This document shows, one piece after another, positions 46,001 through 56,332 of a stretch of 64,000 bases of DNA. The DNA is from an uncultured virus (IMG/VR IMGVR_UViG_3300042880_001179) (taxonomy: Duplodnaviria; Heunggongvirae; Uroviricota; Caudoviricetes). How positions within the stretch are numbered: position 1 is the stretch's first letter; every line of letters begins with the position of its first letter. The notes beneath the pieces were generated by a model. That model was not told the origin of the DNA and made no database searches. It saw only the letters and a list, made by a program, of their open reading frames with translations. The position numbers and the translations under genes are program-made. The stretch lies in the IMG/VR virus record IMGVR_UViG_3300042880_001179; one strand, given 5' to 3'.

Positions 46001-49000
46001 TGCTGATAAAATTATGAAAGCAGCCGGACTAACAGATACTGCCTACATAGAAGATTTAATTTACAGACTAAACCTTATTACATGGGGAGTTACTGCTTTT
46101 ATAGGCGGCCTAGCAGCTGCAGCTTTGGTTATAGTTGGAGCTGGAGCACTAGTTGCAATAATAGCCAAATCTGTGGGTGGCTGGCTGGCATTAGCTGCAG
46201 GTATAGGAACAATCATGGTGATTGGATATGCTATATCGAAAATAGTAAGAGGCATTATAACGTTCATGGATTCTTTGAAAGATGTATCCGCCGATAGTAT
46301 AAAACAAAACACTGACAAGGCACTTTTGGTTCTGGATTCTGTATACAAAGTACTTTTAAGACTAGCACCGTTAATGATTTTAATGGCGGCGGCTGGTGCT
46401 GCTGCTGCAGTTGCTTGGCATTATGGCAAAGCTGCCCTGCCATATATTGGATTCTTTTTGCTGGGAGCAGGGTTGTTCATGATATTGGCCCCCTATTTGG
46501 CAAGAGACTTAGTCCTATTGATGATGGAAATAAACAATGCTGTAACTGGTGTTCTACAAAATATAAAAGTTGACCCTGAAAAACTCAAGAAGGATGTTGA
46601 AAAACTTGACGCTATTTCAAATGCCACAAAAAGCATATTAATGGGTTTATTGCCAGTTTTAATAGCCCTAGCTGTTATTGGTTTTTTGGCAATGAAATTA
46701 TTACCATTTGGCTATGCTGCTTTGATTGGAATTGGCGCTGCTTTAGCTATAGCATTCATTTTACCTGCCATAGCCGCTGGATTAGCACAGCTTAGTATCA
46801 GCATAGTACAGATGGTCAGTGATGTTGTTGCTGGAACATCACTTGATAAAGCTCAAATGGATGCTATGACCGAAAAACTTAAGGCAATCGCCAATGCTAT
46901 TTGGAGTATGACTAAAACCTTTGGATATATGGCGTTAATTGGTGCATTAGCTGTAATAAATTTCGCTTTAGCAAAGCTTGTATTAAAAGGTGTCAATTCT
47001 ACTCTTGGGGCATTGATACCTCAAATTCAGATCCTCGGACAGCACATGGTCGGCTTGCAACAAGCTTTTGCAGGTATAAGCGCTGCTGGAATGCAGGATT
47101 TAGCAATAAAACTACAATACTTGGCAGATGCCATAGGTGCTTTTTCTACCGCCATGTGGAATCTATTCAAGTTATCTTGGACAATGCCCAAGCCTGAAAA
47201 AGTCACAGCAATGGCTACTGAAATAAATGGCATAAAAGAGCCCTTAAAAGAATTTTTAGGCGGCTTGACAGGCGTGGCGATTTTAGTATATACAATGTCT
47301 TTGATGTTTAGTTTGGATAGAGTGAGGAAAGCCTTCGATGACATAGCAGCCATGACGGTATCCATCAAAGATTTTATGGTTAAAATAAAAGATATGGCAC
47401 CCGGAAAAGAAATTAAAAGCGCCGCCAAGGAGATGTTAAAGAAGAATCAATTAAGCAAGCCTTTGGGAATGATGTTAATAGAGATTAAAAACGTCATTGC
47501 GGTAATAAAGGCAGCCAAATTAAATCGCAAAGATATAGTTATGACAAATGAAGTTTTAAGTGTATTAGGTGAATTCTCTAAAAACTTATCTACAAGTATG
47601 GAAGGCATGAAAAAATCTGCTGAAATATTGAGTCCTAAAGGATTTTTCGGACAAAACATCGAATTAGTTGATTCAAAAGTAGTTACAGAAAACTTGAAAA
47701 AATTCTTTGGCATATATGAAGACGTTTTGAAAATGCTCGGCGAAAAAGCCGACACATTAGATTTAGAACAAGCATATTCGGCAGCAGCTTACTTGGAAAA
47801 AATGGCTGGAATTATGACTTTGGTACAAAGTGCTTTGGAGAAATTTAGTGCCGTTGTTAAAATCATGATTGAACAAACTGATAGCGGTTGGTTTTGGTGG
47901 TCTTCAAGTAATATAGACAAACTTGAAAAGCCTGCTAAAGAAGGCGGCGAAAAGATAAATCAATTTGGCAGGGTGATTGGAGTCATGACAGACGCTTTCA
48001 AGACTACAGTGACCGAAATGATGAAGCATGGTGACACTGCAAACAAAGCTACTGCTGCGCAAGTTATTTTGGTCAAACTAGATGAAACTTTGAGTTCTTT
48101 TTTTAAGACAGCAGAAAATATAGGAAAAACCTTAATATCATTCTTTCAAAAAGGCTGGTTTACTGATGGCGTTGGAAAACAACTGGCTGATACCGCTGTA
48201 AGCATAGCTTATGGAATGAGACAGTTCTTTTTGGCTTTAAATGCTGTTAGAGATACAACTGGATCTGCTGATGTTGGTAGTTATGTGAAGACTGCTCAAG
48301 ACCTGACCAACATGGCTGGAGCTTTGACACAAATGGCTGTAGGCTTGAATCAATTTACAGATATTGCAGCCAAAATGGTTGACAATTTCAAAAAAGCTCC
48401 TGCTTATAAATTTATGAGTGATGATGCAGTTTACAACGAATACATCGATCAGTTTAAAAAATTAAAATACGTCGGCATTATGGCTGGTCATATTGTTGGC
48501 AATTTACAGAATGGTTTTGATCAAGGATTTGGCGGCGATGCAGGAGCAATTGTATCCAAGGTAAATACTTCACTCCAACAAGTGGCAACTGTTCCGCCGA
48601 TGATTAATAAAGCATTAGATGAAATCAACAAATTATTTTCAGTGGCTTTGCCGACAGAAGAGCAGACAGAACAAATCAAGAAAATGGCTGAAGGCATGAA
48701 AAGATTGCTTACAGCCGTAGGCGGTATAGCCACAGCCGTTGCAACACATGAAGTGTTTGCCAGCGCAGACTTTACGGGAGCGGCAGACAAACTCAAACTT
48801 GTCACTTCGGTTTTAGACCCCATAACGGAATCCATTAGCAAATTTAGCGAATACGCTGTGTTTCAGAGCACAATGAGTTATGGTGTGCTCAGCGAAAAGA
48901 ATACCAAGCCGCTAGAAATGGCAGCTAAAGGCGTTGGACTATTCATGAATGCCATGGGCAAAATAGTAGAAGAAGTAAAGAATAGCGGCGCTGGGGATGC

Positions 49001-51059
49001 CAGTGATTTCTCCGATACAATCAAACGTTTGAATGGCATGAATCAGATAGTAGTGCCTATTGCAAATATTTTGGAGTTGTTCAGCAAACAACTAGGACCA
49101 CTTACCAAGGCTGCCACAAGTGGTGATTGGTCAGTTGCTGAGCAGGTAAAACAAAGTGCAGGAAAAGTAAGTGAAGCTATTGGCGCTGTTGGCACCATGA
49201 TAAGTGGCATTAAAGATGCTTCTGCATTGGTTCCTGATGCACAAGGCAGCGAAGATATGATGAAAAGAATAAAAGCCATAGGCGACATGGCTGGTGCTGT
49301 TAAAAATGTGCTGGAAAGCCTGCACGGCATTATGACTGTCATATCTGACAATAAAACTTTGGGCGATAAAAGCCTAATCGAATCAGTCAATGAAATGGCC
49401 AAACAAATGGAACTTGGAGAAAAAGACAATCCTATTGTTAGCATCTTCAAGTTTTTAAACAGTGGCATATTCAAGCCCTTGTTGACACAAAAATTTGACA
49501 GCAAGAGCACATGGTCTCCCGAAGATTATGAAGAAGCCGGTGCTATGTTAAAGGGCATGGCTGGTGCCATGAAGGGCCTAAAAGATATGTTGCAATCCAT
49601 GAACGGATCTTTGGTAGCTATAGCAAGAGTTGGTTACAAGGCGGGCGAAACTAAAGACAATATACAAAACGCAGAAAAAATTGATTTAGCCAATACCAAG
49701 ACAGAACTAGGTTTGGCAGTAAAATATTTAGAAGCATCCTTACCTCAAATTAAACAAATATTTGGATTCTTAGGTGAAATAATTAAAGCAATGTACGGGA
49801 AAGAAGGAGCCTTTAAGAACATAACTGTTGATCGAGTATTGGATGCAGCAGACACACTAGTTGGTATGGGTGAAATATTTAAGGTATTGGGCGGAGATGG
49901 AACCAATAAAGGCCTGATGCATTCGATTAATATGGCCAGCATGGAATTAGCAGGAACAGTTGCACAAGGAGAAGGAAAAACCGCTCCTGTTGACACAGGC
50001 AAAACTGAAAAAGCTTTGTCAAATCTTGCAAACATAAAAGGCTTAAAATCTGTGTTTGAAAAGATGGCACCACTACTTGCAGATATTGTTGGCGTGAGAA
50101 AACTTATTCCATATTCAACTGATGATATATTAGATGCTGCTGATACTATTAAAGGCATCGGCACCATGATTGAATATCTTCCAAAGATTATGTCTGGTGT
50201 TAAAGATGCACTACCAAAAATGATTGAATCCAACAAGGGAATTAATGCATCTTTAGCCGCAAAAACCAAAAACCTACCAGAACAAAGAGATACAATATCT
50301 ACTATTTTTGCTAATACTGGTTTGTTTTTAGGCGGTATTGTTGATGCTGTTTTAGCCAATTTTGATAACGCCGAAGATGTACAAGTTGCTGCACAAATTG
50401 TACCAGCCATGATATCAATGGCTGATACTATAGCGAAAAATGGGCCTTTGCTAGTTGAAGCAGCTTCTAAGATTATGGCTATGCCTCCTATCGGCGAAAT
50501 AGATCCTAATAAGGCATTTGGTTATGTGCGATTATTCCGAGTAATTGGCATGTTTGCTAATGCCATGTTGCAATCAGGACTTGAGACTGTTACGGATAAT
50601 TTAACACAAGCAACTGAACAAATATCTGGAGTAGACCAAGCACTACAAGGCCTAATAAACGCTCTGTCTAGCCTAGGCGGAAGCATGGTCAACTTGGGCA
50701 ACATGGGAGCAGCATTGCAGGGTGGTGTAAGTGTTACCGCCAATGTGCAGGCAGCTACTACTTCGAATGTGTCTAATGAAGCGAGACAAATGGCCAATAC
50801 TGTTCAAATGGCCGGTGTAAGCTCGAATAGTATGTCTGCCGCTTCTGAAAGCGCTATAAATTTGATAGCTAAACACACAGAAGATTCTGCTCTATATCTT
50901 TCTGAAATTAGGGATTTAATAAAACAACAGCAAACTGAACCAAAAGAAAGGATTAGGCCACGTATTTTTGACGGAAATACCTATGTTGCATCAGCATTAG
51001 ATGCAACTTCTCTTCCCGATAGCGATTCAACCTTTACACCTAATTTCGGAATCACATAA
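43047..51059 (+). CDS. tail tape measure protein
   Basis: 2670 aa, Ala/Lys-rich helical, central hydrophobic segments, directly upstream of the baseplate genes. Confidence 0.8.
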   Translation: MAFSDSMGRNFGGGSDDLAKALLGNVGNLNNLAQAAADVKDRYKDMAKALNRLNNNFLPEFENTIKDLNQAVRKLNKSGGKSKDDRSEEYLFDIKTTMEKLYECLCLSTNLSKHDKTVFKEEKKMAKEMEKQKQKAAGVSGAAGGGGGKKGGGGGDTGGSGSGGGGGGGGGGGRKGSRGKKGYDEDENKYIDNVLTAMNNFRSGVEETMFGFQEKTSLAMMAIDGNLWNMIKNENNFAVAAKEAAYEVGGITAETRGLQQEYMNIGKQVAETGMSRVKYQEEYVKNLRAGIKDAKIAQAISKQSLFAEKQLGLKAGELSEHFRDMNLSGKTNVAQTGEMARGMLQTARNTGLTGESLKKAVSESGNFVNNLKNAATLTASAANNVLEIVANAQKLGVSKAVTPLLEAATSSANLIMNSSQQTQALLYNAAGSMGRIAELQQGTLLRSKQGIKDLGQGMENVLKQFGVDSLEAVDHLPDEMKMKLNIQLKAAFGVELGELTRTIEATREAGKGLSERLTELNKKRELNLNLEEKTALLQQETSLKTNAALSALTGLSEAAKGAKSMDEALSRFDKRSGEFAADVAAFGGDAGSSKKIAESSMREAVKNMDKELAKMGKQTSGVSEADITAALQEGPEKFQLVMDRINKANQTLATAQKANVDPVTSTAQTLEEYNEYFKDDYAGPMLEYTKGILGATGTMAIAMTLLGSQFFLWGSKLTNSLGLGKKAADTAGAAASASGAAGAAGKAAGSAAGAAGGAAGAVASGAMPVPPAPNTKAISMDWKSMMGHLKTLAVGLVGVVTAVAAIGLAIIAIGVIVQTVDAALNMDPLELALKVTKIIVAATIIALEVMLVFKGLELAAKAFEKTITPASLISIGKFALILVAVTAAVVGLASAILYIAKFMTFGIDAAMAEEIATRVTTIVAAAAIVVMACAAAAAIMIGIAIGLAKLIALAGTLAPWLGLLPVVVPFFVGLVVGVAAAIFLVADKIMKAAGLTDTAYIEDLIYRLNLITWGVTAFIGGLAAAALVIVGAGALVAIIAKSVGGWLALAAGIGTIMVIGYAISKIVRGIITFMDSLKDVSADSIKQNTDKALLVLDSVYKVLLRLAPLMILMAAAGAAAAVAWHYGKAALPYIGFFLLGAGLFMILAPYLARDLVLLMMEINNAVTGVLQNIKVDPEKLKKDVEKLDAISNATKSILMGLLPVLIALAVIGFLAMKLLPFGYAALIGIGAALAIAFILPAIAAGLAQLSISIVQMVSDVVAGTSLDKAQMDAMTEKLKAIANAIWSMTKTFGYMALIGALAVINFALAKLVLKGVNSTLGALIPQIQILGQHMVGLQQAFAGISAAGMQDLAIKLQYLADAIGAFSTAMWNLFKLSWTMPKPEKVTAMATEINGIKEPLKEFLGGLTGVAILVYTMSLMFSLDRVRKAFDDIAAMTVSIKDFMVKIKDMAPGKEIKSAAKEMLKKNQLSKPLGMMLIEIKNVIAVIKAAKLNRKDIVMTNEVLSVLGEFSKNLSTSMEGMKKSAEILSPKGFFGQNIELVDSKVVTENLKKFFGIYEDVLKMLGEKADTLDLEQAYSAAAYLEKMAGIMTLVQSALEKFSAVVKIMIEQTDSGWFWWSSSNIDKLEKPAKEGGEKINQFGRVIGVMTDAFKTTVTEMMKHGDTANKATAAQVILVKLDETLSSFFKTAENIGKTLISFFQKGWFTDGVGKQLADTAVSIAYGMRQFFLALNAVRDTTGSADVGSYVKTAQDLTNMAGALTQMAVGLNQFTDIAAKMVDNFKKAPAYKFMSDDAVYNEYIDQFKKLKYVGIMAGHIVGNLQNGFDQGFGGDAGAIVSKVNTSLQQVATVPPMINKALDEINKLFSVALPTEEQTEQIKKMAEGMKRLLTAVGGIATAVATHEVFASADFTGAADKLKLVTSVLDPITESISKFSEYAVFQSTMSYGVLSEKNTKPLEMAAKGVGLFMNAMGKIVEEVKNSGAGDASDFSDTIKRLNGMNQIVVPIANILELFSKQLGPLTKAATSGDWSVAEQVKQSAGKVSEAIGAVGTMISGIKDASALVPDAQGSEDMMKRIKAIGDMAGAVKNVLESLHGIMTVISDNKTLGDKSLIESVNEMAKQMELGEKDNPIVSIFKFLNSGIFKPLLTQKFDSKSTWSPEDYEEAGAMLKGMAGAMKGLKDMLQSMNGSLVAIARVGYKAGETKDNIQNAEKIDLANTKTELGLAVKYLEASLPQIKQIFGFLGEIIKAMYGKEGAFKNITVDRVLDAADTLVGMGEIFKVLGGDGTNKGLMHSINMASMELAGTVAQGEGKTAPVDTGKTEKALSNLANIKGLKSVFEKMAPLLADIVGVRKLIPYSTDDILDAADTIKGIGTMIEYLPKIMSGVKDALPKMIESNKGINASLAAKTKNLPEQRDTISTIFANTGLFLGGIVDAVLANFDNAEDVQVAAQIVPAMISMADTIAKNGPLLVEAASKIMAMPPIGEIDPNKAFGYVRLFRVIGMFANAMLQSGLETVTDNLTQATEQISGVDQALQGLINALSSLGGSMVNLGNMGAALQGGVSVTANVQAATTSNVSNEARQMANTVQMAGVSSNSMSAASESAINLIAKHTEDSALYLSEIRDLIKQQQTEPKERIRPRIFDGNTYVASALDATSLPDSDSTFTPNFGIT
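43533..43565 (+). repeat. (GGT)11 in-frame poly-Gly microsatellite
   Basis: 11 consecutive GGT codons. Confidence 0.9.
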
Positions 51060-51085
51060 AAATAAACATATTGGAGTATAGTTAA

Positions 51086-51652
51086 ATGTTAGCAACGACA
51101 CAGACAGGACAGCTTAATAACATAGATGACTGTTACATAAAAGTAGGCAGCCTACAGCCTATTTACATGTATATTATGCCGGATATTGGCGATGGCCATG
51201 CCGCTACGTATGCTCAACAGAATGGCATTGGCCGAAGCATGCCTGCATATACTTTTTCTTATGGTGGTCCACGACAAATAAGTTGGACTATTCACTTATA
51301 CGCAGACACATATCAAAGACTTCTTACCAATTTACAGACATTAAGAATTATAGAATCCTGTACATACCCAAGAAATGGTGCTGGCAATTTACCTTTTGTT
51401 CCCCCATCAATTTGCAAGTTAAAATGTGGCCCTATGCTTGGTGATTATGAAATAAATGTTGTTCTCATGAGTTACAGTGTTAAGTATCCAGTAGATGTAC
51501 AATGGTCAGATAAAATTGGCATACCATATAATGGTAATATTATATCAGTTGGTCCAATACCTTATAAATTTGATATAGATTGCACATTTGAAGTTGTATA
51601 TGATGCCAGTCAATTACCGGGTGCAGAAAGAATACTTTCGCTTGGAAACTAA
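51086..51652 (+). CDS. tail tube initiator / CIS tube-like baseplate protein
   Basis: Y....IGRSMP.YTF..GGPR.IS.T...YP......PP.CKL..G; position after TMP. Confidence 0.6.
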   Translation: MLATTQTGQLNNIDDCYIKVGSLQPIYMYIMPDIGDGHAATYAQQNGIGRSMPAYTFSYGGPRQISWTIHLYADTYQRLLTNLQTLRIIESCTYPRNGAGNLPFVPPSICKLKCGPMLGDYEINVVLMSYSVKYPVDVQWSDKIGIPYNGNIISVGPIPYKFDIDCTFEVVYDASQLPGAERILSLGN

Positions 51653-51677
51653 TTTATGATATATAAGGGGTTTTAAA

Positions 51678-52013
51678 ATGGCCAACGTTATAGAATATAG
51701 CACATCTTTGCTTCCCAACGATTATGTTGTTACAACAAGTAGATACATAAATTCTCAAGTAGTATTTTACGGTAGCCAAAAGAAAATAACATTCAATATT
51801 TATCAAAGAAGAACTATCCCAGTAAGTGCCGATGACAGATATGTTTATATTAACGCTGGCTATGAATATAGGCCAGATTTGGTAAGTTATAAAGCTTATG
51901 GAATACCAGACTATTGGTGGTTAATTTTACAAGCAAACAATATAAATGATGTTTTTTATTTTAAAAATGGAATTACAGTAAGAATACCTAGTATATTAAA
52001 TCCATCTAATTAA
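51678..52013 (+). CDS. LysM-like baseplate wedge protein (T4 gp53/P2 gpX-like)
   Basis: YRPDLVSYKAYG.PDYWWLILQANNI...G..VRIP. Confidence 0.8.
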   Translation: MANVIEYSTSLLPNDYVVTTSRYINSQVVFYGSQKKITFNIYQRRTIPVSADDRYVYINAGYEYRPDLVSYKAYGIPDYWWLILQANNINDVFYFKNGITVRIPSILNPSN

Positions 52014-52021
52014 GGGAAATT

Positions 52022-53641
52022 ATGGCTTTACCCGGAAGAACATGTTTATTGCCCGGTGCAGCGGAAACTTATGCGTGCGGCGTAATAGCAAAACCGCTTA
52101 TCAATAACTTTTCTCAAGCAGTTAAAACTGGCTTTATAACGGTAGTGATGAGAAGCAAGCTGGCAGGCAAACTAATTACTGTCGGTAATAGGTCATCTCC
52201 TTGGTATCAAAATAAAACTTTTATCAAGAGTTTTGAATTTGGTGGCACCAATGACGTTGCTGCCAAATTTACCATTTACGATGCATCTGGCAATGATCTT
52301 AGTGTGTTTTTAGATTCTTTATATCAAGACTCTTGTAATGCACAACATAATACTGTTTTATTAGAATTCGGTTGGATTTTGACTAACTCGTCGAACACTG
52401 CCACCAAATTTAGTTCGGCTGATTTTACTTATGCTCCGTATCAAAAAATCAATCCGAAAGCAAAGCCTAATCCCGGTGGGGCATTGGGATTTTTGGTAAA
52501 AAACATCAAGGTTACCGCTGATTCTAGTGGTGCATGGGTTTATGATGTTGAGCTTGCAACATTATTAAATAGAAAAAATGGCAGGGTACGCAGCGCAGAT
52601 CCGGTGGGTAGCAACCGTCACCCTGCTAGTATAAAAGTGGCATCGTCTAGGACTCTTGAGAGAACATGCGCTCAGCGGGGCGTAGTAAATAACACGGCTG
52701 TTTTGTTTGCTAGAGATGATGGAGGGGGTTTATTAACAGAATTTGGTTTTCCAAATAGCGAGGGGGGCTTTAACGGTCCAAAAAGCGTATGGGATCCAAA
52801 TCGTTTGAGTTCTGTTGGTGCTATAAGAGGCTGGTTGAACGGTTTAAGAAGCGACAGAGGTCTCGGCATGACAGTATTCACAGACCCCAGTGTAGACGCT
52901 GCAAATATTGTGGTTCTTGAGGGAAATCCAGAATGGTGTCAGAATCCCAGAGTAAGGTATTGTCCTCAAAAAGATAGTCCTAAATACATCTACATTGTTA
53001 ATGGTGGCGATTGTTCTCCTGTTATTGATTTCAAACCAAGTGTCACATATTATATTGCAGCTAAAGCTCAGGGCGGTGGAACGGGCGCTCAATCAAGCAA
53101 ACAAGTACAAGCATCAGCTAGAAAGGTTCAGGCGTGTCCTGAATTTGTTGAAAATTCGCTTGCCAATCCAGAGGAAAGCGCAGAAGGCTTGCAGACAAGT
53201 GTCACTGTTCCCGGTGCATCTATGAATTACAGGTTCCCAACGGATGCAGTTGAAAAGCAGGCTGGAGCAATTAACGCCAATTTAGTTGCAAACGCTGGCA
53301 GAATTCAGTCTTCAAACATAGAAGGTGAACTCGTTATTCAGGGAAATCCAGAATTTGTAAATATAGCAAGGTGCCAAGGTATGAAACTAGGCATTATTTA
53401 TTTCAACACAGGTATGCCAAGTGTGCTGCAGCAACCCGGAGTGCAAGGAATTAATGCACAATCTGCACCGATGGAATGGCTTGCAAATCCATATGTAAAT
53501 AATGTTTTTAGTAGGCTAGATTATCAGATACAAGGCGTTAGTCATTCCATCAGTGAAAATGGTGATTTTGTAACTAAATTGAAAGTATTTGCTGTTCCAG
53601 ACTCTGCTAAACCAAGAAGAAGCAGAAGAGGAGCACAATAA
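52022..53641 (+). CDS. baseplate hub-like protein (gp27/late control D-like)
   Basis: VLLEFGW; C-terminal ELVIQGNP...Y.I.GVSHSI...F.T.LK; synteny. Confidence 0.55.
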   Translation: MALPGRTCLLPGAAETYACGVIAKPLINNFSQAVKTGFITVVMRSKLAGKLITVGNRSSPWYQNKTFIKSFEFGGTNDVAAKFTIYDASGNDLSVFLDSLYQDSCNAQHNTVLLEFGWILTNSSNTATKFSSADFTYAPYQKINPKAKPNPGGALGFLVKNIKVTADSSGAWVYDVELATLLNRKNGRVRSADPVGSNRHPASIKVASSRTLERTCAQRGVVNNTAVLFARDDGGGLLTEFGFPNSEGGFNGPKSVWDPNRLSSVGAIRGWLNGLRSDRGLGMTVFTDPSVDAANIVVLEGNPEWCQNPRVRYCPQKDSPKYIYIVNGGDCSPVIDFKPSVTYYIAAKAQGGGTGAQSSKQVQASARKVQACPEFVENSLANPEESAEGLQTSVTVPGASMNYRFPTDAVEKQAGAINANLVANAGRIQSSNIEGELVIQGNPEFVNIARCQGMKLGIIYFNTGMPSVLQQPGVQGINAQSAPMEWLANPYVNNVFSRLDYQIQGVSHSISENGDFVTKLKVFAVPDSAKPRRSRRGAQ

Positions 53642-55842
53642 TGGCAGCAGCTAGACCACCAATGACTGAATTACAGTCGCTACAACAAGAAGTACAAAAG
53701 TCCAACTTTGCCGCCGAATCGAGAACAAAAGGCGGCGAAGGTTCCTTTGGTCTATATTTAGGCTATTGTGTCGATACCTTAGATGTGTACAAGCAAAACA
53801 GAATTAGATTTTTCTGTCCATTCATGCACCAACCACGAACTGTCGTTTCTTCCTTGCCTTTTGCGATGCCCATTTCGCCTATGGGCGGCATTGACGATAG
53901 TGGATCAAATTGGATTCCTCCTGCAGGCAGTACTGTTGCTTTGTTATTTGAAGGTGGTGATAGACTGTCGCCATTTTACATTGGAACCACTTGGACTCGG
54001 CTGAATGGAAATCCAATAGGCGGTGTAGGTCAACAAGGTGGTTTTTATGGCGTTCCGATGCAAGAATATTTTAACTTGTATCAGGGAAGAAGAGGTGGTT
54101 ATCTTTGTGGACCGAACAACGGTACGCAGTTGCTGCCGCCGTGGAACACAGAAAGTTATAATGGCTTTGATATTACTTCTATTGAAGATATTAATAAAAA
54201 CCCATTTCTTCTTGAGTCAATGACTTTCCCGAACATTTACGGATTCAAAACACCAGAAAAACACATGATAAAAATGGTGGACGGAGACGCAAAGTGTAAT
54301 AGAAAGTGGAAGAGAATTGAAATCATGTCCGGTTGTGGCAACTGGATGATTATGAAGGACGATCATCTTCATTATTGCGGACAATGGGCTCATCCTGTAT
54401 GTGGTGCCAGAAGTGGAGATACATCTTGTCAAATTGGAAGTCCAAATCCGCCGCCTCAGACCGTTATTGGAGCAGATGGTCAAATACAAGCTATAGCACC
54501 AGTATTTACAACTTATGATATTCAAAATACGCCAAATCCAAACCTAATTGATGCTGCCTATAACGATTTAGAAAATAATCCAAACAAGTTGGAAAATCCC
54601 CAGTGTAATGGAAGAATTTTGGGAGGACCTGCTGGAAATCAGACTGGTTCAAGCCAAGTTGGCGCAAATCCGTTTTTCAAACAACAAAGCGAATGCCGTC
54701 CTTATAAAGGCCCACAAACTCCTCAGAACAATTCATGTAATTTGCCTCAAAGTGGCATACAATTTCTATCCATCAGTGGTCATACTTTTGTTATGGATGA
54801 TTCCGTTGAGGTTCCCCAAGGAGGCATGGAATGGGAACGAAGCACAAAGCCATTTGATTTCGGCTGTACTAACAAATATATGGGCAGAAGCTATTGGAAA
54901 AGCGCAACTGGTCATTCCATCACACTCAATGATATAGAAAAGTTAGGGGCTAATAATCAAGTAAGAGGGCAGAACAATGGCATACAAATGCTGACTGCTT
55001 TAGGCAATCAAATCCTAATGAGTGATGAATCTGTAGGCCCAGACTGTCCATCCTTGGCTGCAGAGCAGCAAGGAATTAGTATGGTCAGTACTTCTGGGCA
55101 TACTTTGGTATTTTCTGATAACCAAAATGATCGCAACATTCCCTGCAGAAAAGAAATAGGTTCTGCTCAGCCTCAGCCAAACGCAAAAAATGCATATGTT
55201 CTTATGAGAAGTGGTTATGGATTTGCAATCAGAATGTATGATGGTACTAATCAAACTGAAGCAACTGATGATAAATTCCTAGAAATTTTTGCACCTCAGA
55301 AAGGCAATATTAGAGGTGGCACTTTCATTCTCATGCGTGAAAGAAAAGAGCAAAACGGATATTTACAACTAAGAGCCGGTGGCGATTATCGACTTGAAAC
55401 CTATGGATCAGCAGTTGAAATTATTGGATTTGAAAATGAAGAAAAGAGTGCTGGCAGTAAAATAACCCTTATAAAAAATAACAGCATAGAAATAACAAAG
55501 GAAATAAAATATACAAAGAATAAAAGTGCTCTTTCGGTAAGCGACACCAGAAGCTTAATTCTTGCTGGCAAGGATTACGATTCAGAACCCACAGAAGAAC
55601 AGAAAAAAGCTGAAGAGGAGTTGAAAGCTGCAGGACTTCCTGTGCCACCTAGAGAAAAAGTGCCAAATGTTTGTCCTGTTTTGGTTTTTGATGGCAAAAG
55701 AGGAACTATAGTTCTGAGTGACAGGCTTTTTGCGAGTGCGAGCCCTACAGCTACGGCTGCAAGCATATTCAATATGGCACCTCTCAGACCTACCAAAACC
55801 GATACTATTCAGGAATTAAAGAATCAAATTAATAAGGGATAA
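53641..55842 (+). CDS. baseplate central spike protein (T4 gp5/VgrG OB-fold)
   Basis: D....NRIRF.CP...WIPPAGSTVALLFEGGD...PFYIG; repeated S.SGH...D beta-helix units. Confidence 0.75.
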   Translation: MAAARPPMTELQSLQQEVQKSNFAAESRTKGGEGSFGLYLGYCVDTLDVYKQNRIRFFCPFMHQPRTVVSSLPFAMPISPMGGIDDSGSNWIPPAGSTVALLFEGGDRLSPFYIGTTWTRLNGNPIGGVGQQGGFYGVPMQEYFNLYQGRRGGYLCGPNNGTQLLPPWNTESYNGFDITSIEDINKNPFLLESMTFPNIYGFKTPEKHMIKMVDGDAKCNRKWKRIEIMSGCGNWMIMKDDHLHYCGQWAHPVCGARSGDTSCQIGSPNPPPQTVIGADGQIQAIAPVFTTYDIQNTPNPNLIDAAYNDLENNPNKLENPQCNGRILGGPAGNQTGSSQVGANPFFKQQSECRPYKGPQTPQNNSCNLPQSGIQFLSISGHTFVMDDSVEVPQGGMEWERSTKPFDFGCTNKYMGRSYWKSATGHSITLNDIEKLGANNQVRGQNNGIQMLTALGNQILMSDESVGPDCPSLAAEQQGISMVSTSGHTLVFSDNQNDRNIPCRKEIGSAQPQPNAKNAYVLMRSGYGFAIRMYDGTNQTEATDDKFLEIFAPQKGNIRGGTFILMRERKEQNGYLQLRAGGDYRLETYGSAVEIIGFENEEKSAGSKITLIKNNSIEITKEIKYTKNKSALSVSDTRSLILAGKDYDSEPTEEQKKAEEELKAAGLPVPPREKVPNVCPVLVFDGKRGTIVLSDRLFASASPTATAASIFNMAPLRPTKTDTIQELKNQINKG

Positions 55843-55914
55843 TTCAAAAGGAATATAAAAGCGACTATATACAAATATTACCTGAAAACTATAATATTTT
55901 AGGAGTATGTATAA

Positions 55915-56331
55915 ATGAATTTGCTTGGTTGTCCGTATCCTATAGTTAATACCCCTCAGGGTTTATTGCCTACAATTTATGACACAAATGTCATAAAAGC
56001 GGATTTGCTACAGCTAATCCTTACAAATCCGGGTGAAAGAGTCATGATGCCGGAATACGGCACCTCTTTAAGAAATTTGATTTTCGAACCCAATGATCCT
56101 CTTATTTACGACAGAGTAAAAGCTGCAATAAACAGCGCAATAGCGATCTGGGAACCTAGGATAGTAGTTCAAGAAGTAACAGTCACAGATTCTTATGGCT
56201 CTACAAACCAAGATATAGCCATAGCTGCAAATCTAAATAGCAATACAATTTATATAGCAATAAGATTTTTTGTTCCCAACAAAATAAATGCTGTTGAAAA
56301 TCTAGTGATACAGATACCTACAGGAGTATGA
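55915..56331 (+). CDS. baseplate wedge subunit gp25/GPW-like
   Basis: IK.DL..LILTNPGERVM.PEYGT.L..LIFEP...AI..WEPRI. Confidence 0.9.
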   Translation: MNLLGCPYPIVNTPQGLLPTIYDTNVIKADLLQLILTNPGERVMMPEYGTSLRNLIFEPNDPLIYDRVKAAINSAIAIWEPRIVVQEVTVTDSYGSTNQDIAIAANLNSNTIYIAIRFFVPNKINAVENLVIQIPTGV

Positions 56332-56332
56332 A

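Noticed and set aside
43349..50876. Many minus-strand ORFs (e.g. 45086-45913, 49745-50410)
   Set aside because: Shadow frames of the tape measure gene.
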